Origin: Psilocybe cubensis
Taxonomy: Eukaryota
DNA length: 64,000 nt
Reading direction: 5' to 3'
Assembly (NCBI GenBank): GCA_017499595.2
Contig: CM039002.1
Span: forward strand, 3,348,001 to 3,412,000
The notes below the pieces were generated by a model, which searched no databases, was not told where the DNA came from, and worked only from the letters and a program-made list of their open reading frames with translations. Position 1 is the first letter of the stretch. Every line of letters starts with the position of its first letter. Below, one piece after another: positions 1 through 13,063 of this stretch. The translations under genes and the position numbers were made by a program.

Positions 1-1168
1 GCACACTGAGGTTGTTCCTTACAATGAAATCAGTGACCAACACTACTCCAAAGACAATGTTAATGCTTCAGCGGTTACTGACCTTGATCGTTGGTTGCAA
101 ATGAATGGAGAATATCACTCCACTCCGGGCCCTTCAAGCCAGGTCGGTCTCGACGAGGGATTCAGTGCATTTACTCTGGACAATGACAACATGTTCCAGT
201 ACCTATACAACAATGGAGCCTTCAGTTTCCCTGACTTTACTACCGGCACACCAATTGCGTCAGGGTCAGGTTCTTCAGAGAACAATTTCGCCTCTTTCCC
301 AGAAGTCTCTTTCACCCAGATGCTCATGGATGACCAGCCAATTCCTAATGTTTCTCTCCCAGTATCAAATCCATTTGGAAATACAAATGCCAAGGATATA
401 GCTGAACACGAGTCAGAAATGCCATCTTTAGCAAGAATTAATGGATCTCATACGGGAATAACAAATGCTGCATCCACGAATGGAAATTTCATTCGAAATT
501 CCAACAACACTGATCCCGAGCGTTTGGGGGGGGAAGCTTTGCCTAGAAATCGTCATTCGCATGGACAGTCTGATACAGATCCATCCCTTCCTACAGAAAA
601 AACCTTCATTTGGCGTCCTGTTACTATTTCAGATGCAAATCAACCGTCTTCGACCGAAAGGGTTACTGGAAAAAATTCAATACCAAATGATTCCAGTTCT
701 AGCAACGTTGAAACGGCTATGAAAACCAGGACTGAAGAAGCCACCATACCTATCAGTAACGTTGAAATGCCTTTGAAAACAAGGGCCGTTCCTAAGCCAA
801 AAGGGCAACCAACAAAAAGAAAAGATAATATTTCTCAGTCTTCTCCCGTGCACATATTTAACAAAGTGCTCAACGACATACCGATGACACCGACAAAATC
901 CGCCTCCATAACAAAGTCAAATCTAACCTCGTCTATGCAGGTCACTACTGCATCCCGTGAAACACCGCAAGGGAATTCTACCCAGGCTGCGCAAACAGTC
1001 ATTGACCGCTCTTTGAAAAGGAAAGGACACACTCACAAAGTGATTGACAATGAAAAAGACTCCAGGCCAACAAAACGATATCTATCAGCAGATGAACTTG
1101 CGGCACACGAGGCAAACAAGATGAAGGTGGGGGGAAAGCGAGTTCCAAAGAAAAGGGTGCTTGGGTAA
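1..1168 (+). CDS. 3' part of a hypothetical low-complexity protein with a basic NLS-like C-terminus (transposon cargo); truncated by the window start
   Basis: Frame is open from position 2 to the stop at 1168. S/T/N-rich, ending ...ADELAAHEANKMKVGGKRVPKKRVLG. Confidence 0.6.
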   Translation, partial: HTEVVPYNEISDQHYSKDNVNASAVTDLDRWLQMNGEYHSTPGPSSQVGLDEGFSAFTLDNDNMFQYLYNNGAFSFPDFTTGTPIASGSGSSENNFASFPEVSFTQMLMDDQPIPNVSLPVSNPFGNTNAKDIAEHESEMPSLARINGSHTGITNAASTNGNFIRNSNNTDPERLGGEALPRNRHSHGQSDTDPSLPTEKTFIWRPVTISDANQPSSTERVTGKNSIPNDSSSSNVETAMKTRTEEATIPISNVEMPLKTRAVPKPKGQPTKRKDNISQSSPVHIFNKVLNDIPMTPTKSASITKSNLTSSMQVTTASRETPQGNSTQAAQTVIDRSLKRKGHTHKVIDNEKDSRPTKRYLSADELAAHEANKMKVGGKRVPKKRVLG

Positions 1169-1285
1169 GCTTTAAACGTGTTTAAAATTTGACCTTAGAG
1201 AATAGGCAATGGTGTGAAAATTTACATAATTTCATTTGAAAAGTACACTCGAGTAAAAGCATTAGTAATCTAATCGAGAAAATTG

Positions 1286-1645
1286 TCAATACTCTACCAA
1301 ATCATCTTTGTCCTCATTAGATTCTGGAGTGGGAAGTAAATTACCATCGGGACCAATGATCAGCGTGGAATGGCAATCTGGATGTTGGAGCGTACGATGA
1401 GTAGGGGGGCAAGGTACATTGAGCGTTGACGGAAAGAGTGGTTGATAGAGAACCAGCTCGTGGGCGTGGGAAGCTTGGGGTGGAGATTGGGTGGCTTCTG
1501 CCTCCCCATCGACGTCTTGTTTAAGATGCTCACTCTTATCCTTACCGGCGTTGCCATCCTGAGATCGTTTGCTCGAAATACCCTGACTTTCCTCTAGTGG
1601 ATTGGTGAGGTTGAAGAATTTAATCTCATTTGACACATTCATCAT
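1286..1645 (-). CDS. Hypothetical protein (possibly the last exon of a small gene)
   Basis: 119-aa ORF with no recognisable motif. Confidence 0.3.
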   Translation of the reverse strand: MMNVSNEIKFFNLTNPLEESQGISSKRSQDGNAGKDKSEHLKQDVDGEAEATQSPPQASHAHELVLYQPLFPSTLNVPCPPTHRTLQHPDCHSTLIIGPDGNLLPTPESNEDKDDLVEY

Positions 1646-1955
1646 CAGTAAATCCGGATTTTCGAAGGTAACTCAACGTATTGTCCTGCCAACCGGATGT
1701 AGCATCAAAGTGGGCTGTAGACAGTATAGCGTCATGTGTCATCGGCGGGATGCTCCGTTGAGCTCTGTAGCATTCCAACATTACTACTGCGAGCTTTGGA
1801 TTTTCCTAGCTATCTCTATGTACGATTCCAGACTTAGGAGAGTTTGATGTCCAATGTGATTGGTCTCAGTAAAGCTCTTCAATCATATCAAGCAATAAAA
1901 TGTACATTTTTAAAGGCAATTAAGTGTCTATTTACAATGTAGTATCTTGACCCTA

Positions 1956-2506
1956 TTAATGATCCTGACATTCTCGTATGAGATCCTGCCCATTACTAAG
2001 AAAGTGTAGAAACAAAGTAGTTATCACTGTGACTCACCTCTACCGTTCGAATATGAATCTGGCCGTTGGCTATAATGGACATCCCTTGGGTCAATATGTG
2101 CTCGGGGCTGCCTGAGTCTGCATCCCGAAGTGTCTCCTCCTAGTTATCTTAAGCAAGAGTATCAACTTGAAACTTGAAGAAACAGAAAACTCACGGCTCG
2201 TGCTTTGAGCCACTGGTCACCCTCGGTAATCTTGGCTTTAGCCAACGATAGTAACCTTGGGTCCAGGGTGGTCCAGTTAATTTCGTTGAAAAGGGCCAGG
2301 ATGGCCAGTATCAGCCTGTTCTCGGTCAAAAGGACCATTTTTTGGGTCTGCTCAACTAACTGAGCCATTTCCAAGTCGTATTGCTGTCTTTGAGAAGCAA
2401 GTGAGGCGGCCTCTGGGAAAGTTGTAGGATGTATTAGATCTGGGAAAGTAGGGGCCAATACTTCTGCTTCGATTCGTAAAATTTCCTCATAGCTGATGAT
2501 TTGCAT
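1956..2506 (-). CDS. Small helical hypothetical protein, 3 exons
   Basis: MQIISYEEILRIEAEV...KARA|EETLRDAD...RTVE|DLIRECQDH* can be joined through GT-AG introns. Confidence 0.5.
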
Positions 2507-2801
2507 GGTGTGTGATACGCTCACTTTGTCGTAGTTGGAATTCAAGCTGAAAACAAACTTCGCGGGTATAAAAATTCTTCAGGGGTTCTGTATACGTAAA
2601 ACAAAGTTCTATAGATTTTTCTAGGCTAGTCTAAGAAGATGCCTATCTAACTGAATGCGGGAGGAGCGCGCGTAGTGGTGGCAAGCAAAAGAGTGATTAT
2701 TGAGAATGCGTACTACATGGCGCGGTCGTGAAAGTTGAAACTTATTGAGACTATGTGGCAGTTGCAGCACTCTCACCAAAGGCGCATTTGCCGACCCAGA
2801 G

Positions 2802-3850
2802 TCACCATTGCAAGGCTTGTGCGAGGGCACGTTCGCAGCGACCAATTTCACGAGGTGGGAGACCAGATAACCTTGCCCAAGCACGGTTAGAATAACACTT
2901 TTCTTGTGAAAATTTGGAGGCCAGGATGAGGGATGCCAGAAAGGCTCTACGGGGACACAGGAGGGGAGATGGCAAAGAAAGGGTGGTGGAAAGAGGAGCC
3001 GTTGAGACCTGCACATCTACGCTGGACAGAGAGTCTTGTGGATAGATGCACGATTCAGCCAGATCTTGTGAACCAGAATCGGCAACACGGAATGTTTGCA
3101 TAGAATTGTCAATGAAATTATTGATGATGTTGATCTTGCCGGAGTTCTCAAGAGCAGTAAGCTCAGCATCCATCGCCAGCTCTTCTGGGGTAGCTTTCTG
3201 AATACTGCTTTTGGGCTGAGCATAAGAGCGAATGCCGATGTTTTCCTCTTGCAAAATCTGTGGGACCTTGGGACGAATGGATTCTAGATAACATAGTGCT
3301 ATCTGCAGTACGTTTTTAGATGTCCTTGAGTGGCGAAGGACTTTATAAACAAAAGACTTGAGGGGTAATATCTGATCGGATTTGGTGCCCGAGGCAAGCA
3401 AGAGGGTCGGGGAAGGGTTATGGCCGGATACGGAGGGATGACTGTTGTGTGGATGTATTGGATGTGTATGAGACGCTATGGATTGCAAATCGGAAGAGAT
3501 CTGCTTGGAAGTTGGACGGGAATGAGTAGGAGGAAAAGAGCTACCCCCTACTTTGGCGGGGGGTAGGAACACGGAAGGAATATCCTGAGGGTGCCAGATC
3601 TCGGACAAGGTGCTGACAGCTTGATCTGCAATGGAATTTAAAAAATAAAGTGAGTATCTCCGGCAAGGTGGGCGCTAATTGAGGACAGGACGGACCGGCA
3701 AGCCTTGAAAAAAAATTTTGTTTAGAAGAAGAGGCGCTCTGGGAAGAATCCTTTGGAATTTGCGCAGTGGTGGGTGGAATAGATGAGTGAGAACGACTTG
3801 ATTCTGCAGAAATGAGACGGATGGAGGGGTATTCAGTAGGTAATGATACA
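2802..3850 (-). pseudogene. Pcl/Clg1/Pas1-type (Pho85-partner family) cyclin, C-terminally truncated by a premature TGA
   Basis: Cyclin box: VLRHSRTSKNVLQIALCYLESIR ... SPLLCPRRAFLASLILASKFSQEKCYSNRAWARLSGLPPREIGRCERALAQALQW. The stop at 2802-2804 is followed in frame by LWVGK, so W-(R>stop)-LWVGK. Confidence 0.8.
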
Positions 3851-3883
3851 GAGGCATGGCAGGTATGGATTGTGGGAGAGAGG

Positions 3884-4390
3884 CCAATGCTTTCCTCTTG
3901 CAAATTTTGGGAACCTTGGGACGAATGGCTTCGAGATAACATAGTGCTGTCTGCAGTATGTTTCCAGATGTCCTCAATCCTCAAAGGACTTCAGTGGGTA
4001 GAAATAGGGAGGGAATGTCTTGAGGGCGCCAGATCTCAGATAAGGTGCTGACAGCTTAATCTGCAATGGAATTGAAAAAATAAAGTGAGTATCTCCGGCA
4101 AGATGGGCGCTAATTGAGGACAGGACGGACCGACAAGACTGGAGGCGAATTTTTGTTTAGAGGAAGAGGCACTCTGGGAAGAATCCTTTGGAGTTTGGGT
4201 GGTGGTGAGCGGAAGATGAGCGAGAACGACTTGATTCTGCAGAGATGAGATGGATGGAGGGATATGCAGTAGGTGACGATGATACAGTGTGAGAAAGCGG
4301 GACTGGTGAGAAGCGGCTGTTGATATTGATCCGAGTCGTCTTTGTGTACAACGAGGCCGGCGTGTTGGGTGATAATTTGAGTGGCAATGT
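3884..4390 (-). pseudogene. Degenerate, internally deleted tandem duplicate of the cyclin 5' region
   Basis: About 4025-4290 duplicates about 3590-3850, including the intron. About 3884-3975 duplicates about 3235-3325 (RTSGNILQTALCYLEAIRPKVPKI). The duplicate has GAT-TAA at 4056-4058 where the other copy has GAT-CAA. Confidence 0.75.
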
Positions 4391-4434
4391 GCATTAGGGA
4401 TTGAAAACTTTGTGGGTTTCCTGAGGTGGATATG

Positions 4435-7400
4435 TTATGATGACAGGGCCAAATAGAGTTCTTTGTCAAAATATTTGTTTAATCGGAACTCGGTGCTAGT
4501 GGAATGACTGTTATGTGTAGTAAGGCTTCGCCTTGCCTTTTCGCCCATCTGAGGGACCAGATCAACCAGGGAGCGTATTTGATTCAATGGTAAAATTCCA
4601 CCCATAATGGTGTTATCTGTACGTTGACTTCGTTTTAATTTATACATGCCGGTTATTGGCTCTGGGTAAGGTCCACGGATCGCAGAACCTAGAGACTGTG
4701 GCTGATTTAAAACCTCAAAACGTTGGACGTATGCGAGAAATCTTCCAGTAATATCGGGAGACACAGTACTGGGTGTCTCTCCGACAATGCGAAAAATAAT
4801 ACGAATGTCGACGACAGAATGGCCTACAATATTGGCTGGTCAACGGGGTTCGGAAAAAAGTCACAAAGAAGTACTACCTTGAAGCCCACTGCGAGGCCAC
4901 TCCTCAGATTCATCCACGTTTATGATTGCTGAATCGAAGTATCCAAAAGGATGTTTGTTAGATGGCGGATATGCATTAAGTGTGACTGCCTCCAGGATCT
5001 CATGAGGGTATTGGTACGCAGTCGACTGTATACGGACCTTATGCCATACCTCAAGTTTTGAATACGGCAACGGACAACCGGGAGGAGAAACACGCCTGCC
5101 AGTTATCCCCTTGATGTGATAACCTCGAGAATTGGTGTGTCTCGGATTTGATTCCTTATTGATGAGTGACACATAATCGGCAATTGCTGGTCGTAGGTCG
5201 GGAATTTTAAAAATGCTCGCAACCTCGTCGATATGCAATCTTTTGGAACTAGCATCCCTAGATAAATGGGCAACAACGTTTTTGCTGCAAGAAAATGTTC
5301 TGTAGGGGACTGGGCCTTCCAATACGCCACGCTCATAGAGACTAGCTTTGTAGAAGTAATCCACAATGCGATTGGACTTTGCTGATTGAAAGGTTGTCAT
5401 CGGCATGATTGTTGAAAGAAGTTCTGACGTTGTGTCCATCACAACCTCGCCGTTTTCCTCCCCCTCATCCCCCTCCTCCTGCTCCTCCTCATCCGTAATT
5501 GTTGCAGAGTGTATAGCCCGAAAATCGATCCTCATTTCTCGTATAGCTGTAAACAAATCGAAATTGCGCAATTTGTCACGACGATCAAGGTATCGACAAA
5601 CTTGAGGCTCGTATCTTTGATTATTGCTGGAACTGGAAGGGGCTTTGACCACCTCGATATGTGCATGCTCTGTCGTGTCTGCAGACCATTGGATTGCACA
5701 TCCATTTAGTCTAATTGCGTGTACTACACTTTGCAAAAACTCGAGTTTTGGAATATAGAAATTATCGATTGGGTTGTTTTTTTTACCTCGACGTGCTCCC
5801 GCGTCAAGGATGGCTTGTTTATTGGCATGGAAATCTTGCAGTGCCTGCTCAATTCTGAGACACATTGCCTCGGAGATTGTTTGAGATTGTGCGAGATACC
5901 GAAAGTCCATCAGAGACCGGATGGCTAAGATAAAGGGTGTACTGACTGTGTCTGCAATGAGAGCAACAATGTATCGCTGAACGTCCCGATGTTCCCTACC
6001 GGTCACTTGTTTCAAGGAAGAAATCCCTTCCTTGAAGTGTCGGAAACCAGTGCGGTGCTGTAAAATCGAAAATCGAAAATCCAATTCGGAACCTCCGACT
6101 GCAGCAATGCACCATTTTGCATCATGATCCCAGAACATCTTGTGCCAGTGATGAAGGGGTTCAGGCGTAAGGAATGCAGAAGGATCAGACAAGGGCCAAT
6201 CTCTCCAAAACGGTAGGTGAACCCCATTGAGACGGTGCTTTTTGCTTTCTTTTAGATATGGTTCGAGATGATTAGGGGGCTTAACATTGTTGATGGCCAT
6301 GATGGTGTTGATTGTATGATCTGCAGTTCGGGAAGGGTGGCGAAAGGAATCCCCAAACGTCTCGTATTGTGCCAACGTCACAGAGGATGTGGATCCTGCG
6401 ACGCAAGCCGCCAGAGCAGATTCTGGAGTATCAACGATAAGGGCAGCAAGCGGTGTAAAGCAGAAACGATTATTCCCCAATGCATCTGCTATGGTGGTTC
6501 CCACCCTCGCAGTTTGTTTGACCAATTCTAGAGCAATGTCCATGCACTGGTGATATAGCCGTGCTGCCATCATCCCATTCACAGCTTTGGAGCGATGAAG
6601 AAACTTTGGTATGGGAAGAAGAACAAAAAGAAGGAATAAATGATTTGACGATTTGTTTCTAACGTTCATCATTATGTTGGCAATGCTGATAAGGCCAGGG
6701 TAGGCGACACGGCCTCCGGTCATGTTGGAAATGTTGGTTTTATCCGTGGAAATAATAGGAGGTACAAGTGTTGCTCCTTTTGGGAGCTGGTCCTTGGGAA
6801 CCTTGTTATACTGTCGTCAAACTTGGACAAAGGCATTGCTACTAACCTGCATAAAATGCGCAATGTCACCGCTAAACCACTCAGTGTATACCCGCATCAT
6901 CTCGTTGCACTTGTCGAAGAGCTTGAATGGGCTAAAGTGCATGCTATCTTGGAGCAAGGGACTGATGAGAAGCGCCTTGATACATTCCAATCCATCGCGG
7001 TAAAAAAGCGTTAGCTGATTTTTGCTTGGTATTTCTGGTATGATCGTTTGACTCTTCCACTGCGGACCAGAGGGAAGGATCTCTGCCCGGTTGCGTAGAT
7101 CTTTTGCCGACTTGTAGGACAAGTTGAGTTTTTTTATCTATACGGGATCGACTCAGCTGAAATAAATAATGATGGGAATGTACGCTCAATTACCAGTTCA
7201 AGTTTCAAAAAATCATTCAGCATTCCTACGCTCATGTCAGAGCGAAGTAGGAACAGGGAGAGCTCCCATTCATCTTTCGAGGCAAAAGGATAGTACAAAT
7301 TTTCCGCCCGCTGGGGTTCGAATTGATCCTGTTTGAGCTGATCCATGAATGTAAGGCCTGTTCCAAATGCTCTTCCAGCCCCGTTATAATCCTCCTTCAC

Positions 7401-7739
7401 GTACGGATAGCTGTATTTTGATGCCTTGGGGGGTGGGTCATCTTCCATCTCTGATGACGCGCCAAGAAAATTGTCGATATAGTCCACTTCCATAAAATTA
7501 CCAATTTCGGGAGAAGGGTCTCGAGATACGGGGGTTGCTGATCTAGATGTAGAGCTTGAACGATTGGACTGAAAATGCATAACGTTCTCATATTGAAAAC
7601 GACATGCCGATTTTGGTTGATTGATGTGATTTTGGACATCTGCATGCTTAGCGAATGGCTTGTTGCATCGAGGACAACGCACACAGATTTCCTGAGTTCT
7701 CTTGCCCTTGCCCTTTCCCATGTTGAAACAACGACTCAT
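4435..7739 (-). CDS. Plavaka-family transposase with an N-terminal C2H2-like zinc finger (multi-exon)
   Basis: Motifs: CPRCNKPF..HADVQNHINQ; YYPFASKDEWEL; RAEILPSGPQWK; LFYRDGLECIKAL; spliced MQ|DQLPKGATLVPPIISTDKTNISNMTGGRVAYP; PLAALIVDTPE; PEPLHHWHKMFWD; ELDFRFS..RHFKEGISSLKQVTGREHRD; IPKLE..WSADTTEHAHI. Exons join in frame by GT-AG introns. Confidence 0.9.
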
Positions 7740-8210
7740 ACAAAAGCGAAGATACGAAAAAAAAACTGATAATGTAATGTTCAGTAACGTGCAGTGGGTC
7801 TATAAATGTTATCTGATTATGTCTCCGTTAATACAAACAAATTTCACATGGGTTAGTATTCAACCAATCCGTAGTACAATCCAAGGAGGGCTTCGGAAGA
7901 GCTTTACTGTATATACGCACCAGAACAAAGACACTAACACATTTTTTGAAGTGGGTGGAAGAAGCATCAACAAACGTAAGTTAGTTGATTTCATTGACCT
8001 TGATGATAAATTCAAACGCACAGCAGTTACAGTAAAGCCAGAAGCTTTCATCCCAGCGAGAATTTGCGTATTGGTCTGGCGATACGAGCAGCACACAACT
8101 ACAGATAATAAAACAATCGTCATTATGTTACAGGACATACACGCCTTTCAGTACTAAATAAAACATGGCATGTATGTAAATCAAGATGTGTGTCAATGTG
8201 TTGTACAATA

Positions 8211-11200
8211 TCAAAGTCGCCGTCGTTTAGAAGGCGGAACAGACTCTGATTCTGATGAAGAGATAAGCATTTGCGACGTAAAGGCATAATCGAACACACG
8301 TACTCGGATTTGTGCTCTCCAGCTTGACTTTCATGCCATCCAGATACAGTTTATCCCTCACACTCGTACCAAGTTCCAGAATCTCCTTGGGAGTTCCTAG
8401 TTTGTGACGTGGTTAGTGAATATCCAAAGGCAGACACTGGTCCACCTACTCAATTGCGTTGAGGAATCCGCACAGGCATCACAGTCAATGAGAGTGATTA
8501 CGGGTAACTTGAGCATCTTTGGGACCGAGGAACGAGGAAGCTGGTCGATACTGCGACATATAACCTTGTTCAATTCTCCGCTGCAGACGCCCTGAAGCTG
8601 GACAAAAAGCAAACTGGTGTCGGTACAGCAAGGGGCACCACCAATGTTGTTATGTTTGGCTTCTGCGTCGTAGGCTAGAATCATACGGGCATAGCGGCAA
8701 AGTATCATTTCATGGAACTTTTCTGTCGCCATGATATTTTGTGCATCCTTGTTTTTGTCCGTCTCAATCATGTAGTGGATGGACTTCGTGCGATGACATA
8801 GCCACTCTAGAATAGCCAAGGCTTCGCCACGGGCAAAGATGCACGCCTTGCGCTCTTCGTCGCTCAGGCTGTTGGTATCCCACCGCATCCATGCGTCTAA
8901 CTGTGCCGAAGTCTTGGTGGAGAACATCTGATCGGGATTTCGATAGGTCTCGTAGTCGAGCGCATTTGCCAAGATCATGCACACGCACAGAGCTATCAAG
9001 CTCGAGTATCCGGACTGCGTACTGTAGAATGGGACATGGTACATTTCATAAAAATCTGAGAGAAAATAGAAGAAAAGAATCAGATATCTTGTAGGAAACG
9101 GTAAAAAACCTCATACCTTCTGGGTCGCTGTCACCTTCAACCAAAACCTTGTAGAACCAATGTATAGTTTGCTGCAGGAAAAATCGGGACGTTGAATGAT
9201 TCGTATTCGTTGCCCTGTATCCAGCGGTAAAACAGTGAATGATTCCTGTCAGGGTTTCTTCGAAGGAAGTGGAGGAGTAAAAATGTCCGCCACGGCAAAC
9301 CACTGAGGAGATAGAATACGCCATATGTAGAGTATTCGGTCTCATGAAGCTGTTTTTCAAAGTAGCGTCAATATAATCAAATGGGTAGGACATTCAAAAA
9401 TCACATACAGTTCTGACTGGTTATCGAGAACAATCGCCTCGTAAATCCAGTCTTGGTGGTGCGTTTCCCCGTAATCCAGCTTGTCTCCCAGAAATACACG
9501 GCGGTCAGAAGAAAGGTCAACATCCAACCGTCTGGGATACATGATAATCCACAGCTTTAGTCCATGAAGAGGTTGGATGAAGGAACAGAAACCATTGGCA
9601 TCGATATGGATATCTGAAAATGCCCCCTCTGTAGCTACGAGTCCCCACGACATATCACCAAATGGGACGGGGGTACTATACTTCCAGCTACCAGATGTAG
9701 CCCGAAGAGCAGCCGCCTCAGTACTCAAGTCAAAAGAGTGAGCGCCTGCATGAGGTAAAGGGATGTCGAGGGCATTGAGGATCTTTCCTCTTTTGCCTTT
9801 CATCCTCGCTGCTTCCATGACCTGAGAGAGGGACCCACGCTTAATCCTCTCGATGGGGTTAGACGACATGGTCGACATATCTGTTACGGCCATTAGCATG
9901 AGACGCAGAAAGAAAAATCAAAACATCGAAGAGGAAACACACCTTGGATTGACCTGGTGCTCGTCATATCACCCATATGGCGACGTACCTGGCTGTAGAA
10001 CTCGTCGGAGCAAGTTGAAATAGACTCCTCTTGAGAAGGAGACATAAGGACGACGTTCCTTTCAGAGAAAGACTCCATCAGATACATGGATTTCGTGGTG
10101 CTGCGGTCGAATACCGCAAAACATGATTCTTCGGGACGTGCTATGTGCAATGGAACTCCATCGACGTAGTCACTCTCGACCAATTCCAGAACCCTTTCAA
10201 CACGATCCACGTCGGCTTGACTCTTGTTTGGAGAATAAATAAATGACGAAAAAATCAATATCGAGAATGACTTACATGGGCAACAACGCAGAAACTTTTA
10301 AGTTGGCCACGACCGTTGTAGATGGACCAAACTTTGGTGCCATACACCTTCTCCGGAGTGCTGACGACATCAAGGGTGGTGTTGCTGTCGTACAGATCGA
10401 CATCAATACACAGGTCGTCGTCCGAATCAAATGTGTCGGTAGCCTGCGTCGGCTTGCGTTTGGGAGGCCGCTTGGAAAGGCCCTGCCGGCCCTTCCCTTT
10501 CCCTTTCTGAGAGGAGTCAGCCGTGGTGTTTTTGCTCCTGTTTATCTGGGAAACAGGAGGAATCCTCAAAATAAGAGGAGCAGGAGGTGCGTTCTCCCCC
10601 TCCTTTTCGCCTTGGCTGTCTTCCAATGTATTCCTCTCCATGTCTGAGGAATCATTGTTTTGCTCTGGGCCTACCCCCTCTCCATCGACCGACATTCTGT
10701 CCTCCTGGACTGGTGGAACATCCCCTTGCCCCTGCTTCTCGGTCTCATTGTCCGACGAACTGTCGTCTGGCCTTTCCTCCTCACCATCTTCTGACATTCG
10801 GTTCTCCTCGTCGGGTCGTTCTCCGTCTTGCCCCTGCTTTTCGCCCTCGTGAACTTCCGACATATGATTTGCCTCGTCAGAAGACCCTTCAGCTCCTTGT
10901 CCAGCCCCGCCGTCTCCCAAATTTTCTGGACCATTGGTATGTGGACCATCCTCCATTTGATGGTCGACATCAGCTTGCTCCGGATCGACGTTCATCTCAC
11001 AATCCCCTGCAGTTGAGGGCCCAGTATTCTCAGTCTGAAGTAGACCAGATCCAATATCATCACTCCGCGGCAAACCAGGTTGCTTGTCCGTGGGCACATC
11101 CTTGCCAGCCACCGAAGATGTGTCTTCCGGAGGCTGTATATCTGAGGTAGGGACCGTATTGTCCCCGTTCTCCTGTTGACCCATGCTGACATCCTTGCCA

Positions 11201-12870
11201 GCCACTGAAGACGTGTCTTCCGGAGGCTGTATATTTGAGGTAGGGACCGTATTGTCCCCGTTCTCCCGTTGACCCATGCTGACCATTTCCGTCGTGTCCA
11301 CTTCGTGATCATCGTCACCCTCCGCGTCTGCGTCGGACCCTTCACAGGTGGTTTTTTCACCATGATGGGAAACGGTCTGAAGTTGAGCTGTTTTAAACGG
11401 ATTTAAATCATGTAATTGACGCAGACTTTGCTTATAACTTACCGTGTGGTTCAGTGCTGTGCCTTGCTAGGTTAGAATTTGCTGTAACCTTGGCGCTGCT
11501 CGTTGACGCTGGCCAATTATTAGTTTAAATTGTTATTTTGTTACAGTACGTAGAACACACATATGAAAAAGTGAAACGCGGGATCTTGTGCAATTACCCG
11601 CTCGCATTCCATCCAGCAGTCTGAGATAACAAGTTTATATAAGGCTGACTGGATGTCGCAATTTTGCGCTGCAATGATTTTCCAAATTTCCATCTCCACT
11701 TCACGCAGAACACGGGGGCGACAATTACCGAGCGCTTTTGAGGCCTAAAGGAGTGCGTTAATCCAAGTTAAACTGGGAGGATGTGGATACACCTACTTTA
11801 AGCAGCTGCTCCCGGTCACATTTCTTAGAATACCAAGATTTATTCACAAAAAGAAGGATGGGGGATATGAAAAGGGCGACATGCAGAGGAATTTTTAAAT
11901 GAGATGGCGTGACCTCTGAGAGGAACAACGCAGCATCAGGATGGCCGCTTGCACTAGGGTATGTTGAGCAGATTGTATCAATGAATAGAGGAAAGAAAAC
12001 TTACTAGAGATTTGCAAGAGTAGCCGTGTCCGTTGGAATGTCTGGTAGAATGTGTTCATTGTCCTTCATACCGCGCATTCCTGACAAGATTTGGTAGTGT
12101 AGCGAGGCGCAGTACACATTCCCGATTATTTTCCCCACAACACCCTTGAAGTGGTTACGCGCCAGACAGAGTAATAGCGTTGATTCCGAGGGCCCGCCCT
12201 GGGTGAAAGCGGATGACGGCGTGTCACTGATAGAAGGGGTGTTGATGTTTCTGTGCGACTTAGAGTCGGCTCTGAGGATGCGCTTCCTGGCAGAGCAGAG
12301 CATTGCCGGCCAGTCCTTCAAGTCATCTACAAGCTACAATAATTGTTTGAAAATTAAGAATTAACATTGAGTGACTTCATGATCGCATACCTTGAACCGT
12401 GAAAATATTTCCTTAGTTCCTGTGCTGGCCTGTATTTCATTCAGGGGCACGGTCACCGGCAACGATGGTCCAAAGGCTGCTGGCCACAACGCTACGAGAT
12501 CGAGTAGACGGTATGCTGCAAATAAGCTACCCGCCTGCTCCCATGTAGCCGAGGTTACGCAGGGTGTCTCTACGATGTTGTTCTGAAGGGCAGCCAAGCT
12601 TTGCCTATACTTGATGGCCGCTCGCATGCTCGATGATGAAACATCGTAATTCAAAAAGGTGAAGTCCTCATATCGTCGGAGGAAATCCACCATCCTCTAC
12701 AGAAACTTGATATTAGTACCATAAATGGCAATCCAATTAAGACCTACGCGGAGTGGGTGCGACTCTGGCAACATGTTTTCCAGAGTCTGACGAACGACCT
12801 GCGTTTCGAAGAGAAACACCAGAATTTCTTCAGCTTGGAGTCGGGCAACGGGGGAAATCTTCTGGGCTTG
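8211..12870 (-). CDS. Large multi-exon protein with an acidic disordered region and a JmjC (2OG-Fe(II) dioxygenase) domain; start uncertain
   Basis: WGLVATEGAFSDIHIDANGFCSF..GLKLWII (HxD plus Lys) and YEAIVLD..|FMRPNTLHMAYSISSVVCRGGHFY (distal His) give a JmjC double-stranded beta-helix signature. Consecutive minus ORFs (12361, 12004, 10255, 9893, 9357, 9046, 8397) are separated by short GT-AG introns. Ends PPSKRRRL*. Confidence 0.75.
11092..11283 (-). repeat. Two near-identical 96-bp direct repeats encoding MGQxENGDNTVPTSxIQPPEDTSSVAGKDV
   Basis: Visible in the DNA and in the 10255..11301 ORF translation. Confidence 0.9.
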
Positions 12871-13063
12871 CACTACAAAACTTCAACGTCTCACCCTGCA
12901 TTCTATTTCTTTGGGTACTTACTTTTTTTTGTGTGTTTTTTTCTGGTGTCTCAAATTTTCAACTAGATGAATTTTAACTGAACGAAAACTATTATAGAGT
13001 GTCTAGAGTATTGTCTATGTCTATTTTATTAGAATGTATGTTAAATCTATGGGGAGGGGTACT

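Noticed and set aside
4-12. CACTGAG near the window start as a possible left TIR of the Plavaka element
   Set aside because: It matches the candidate right end for only 6 bp and lies inside an open reading frame that continues beyond the window.
7702-8157. Overlapping short ORFs between the transposase and JmjC genes
   Set aside because: No motif or convincing splice model; probably promoter/UTR sequence.
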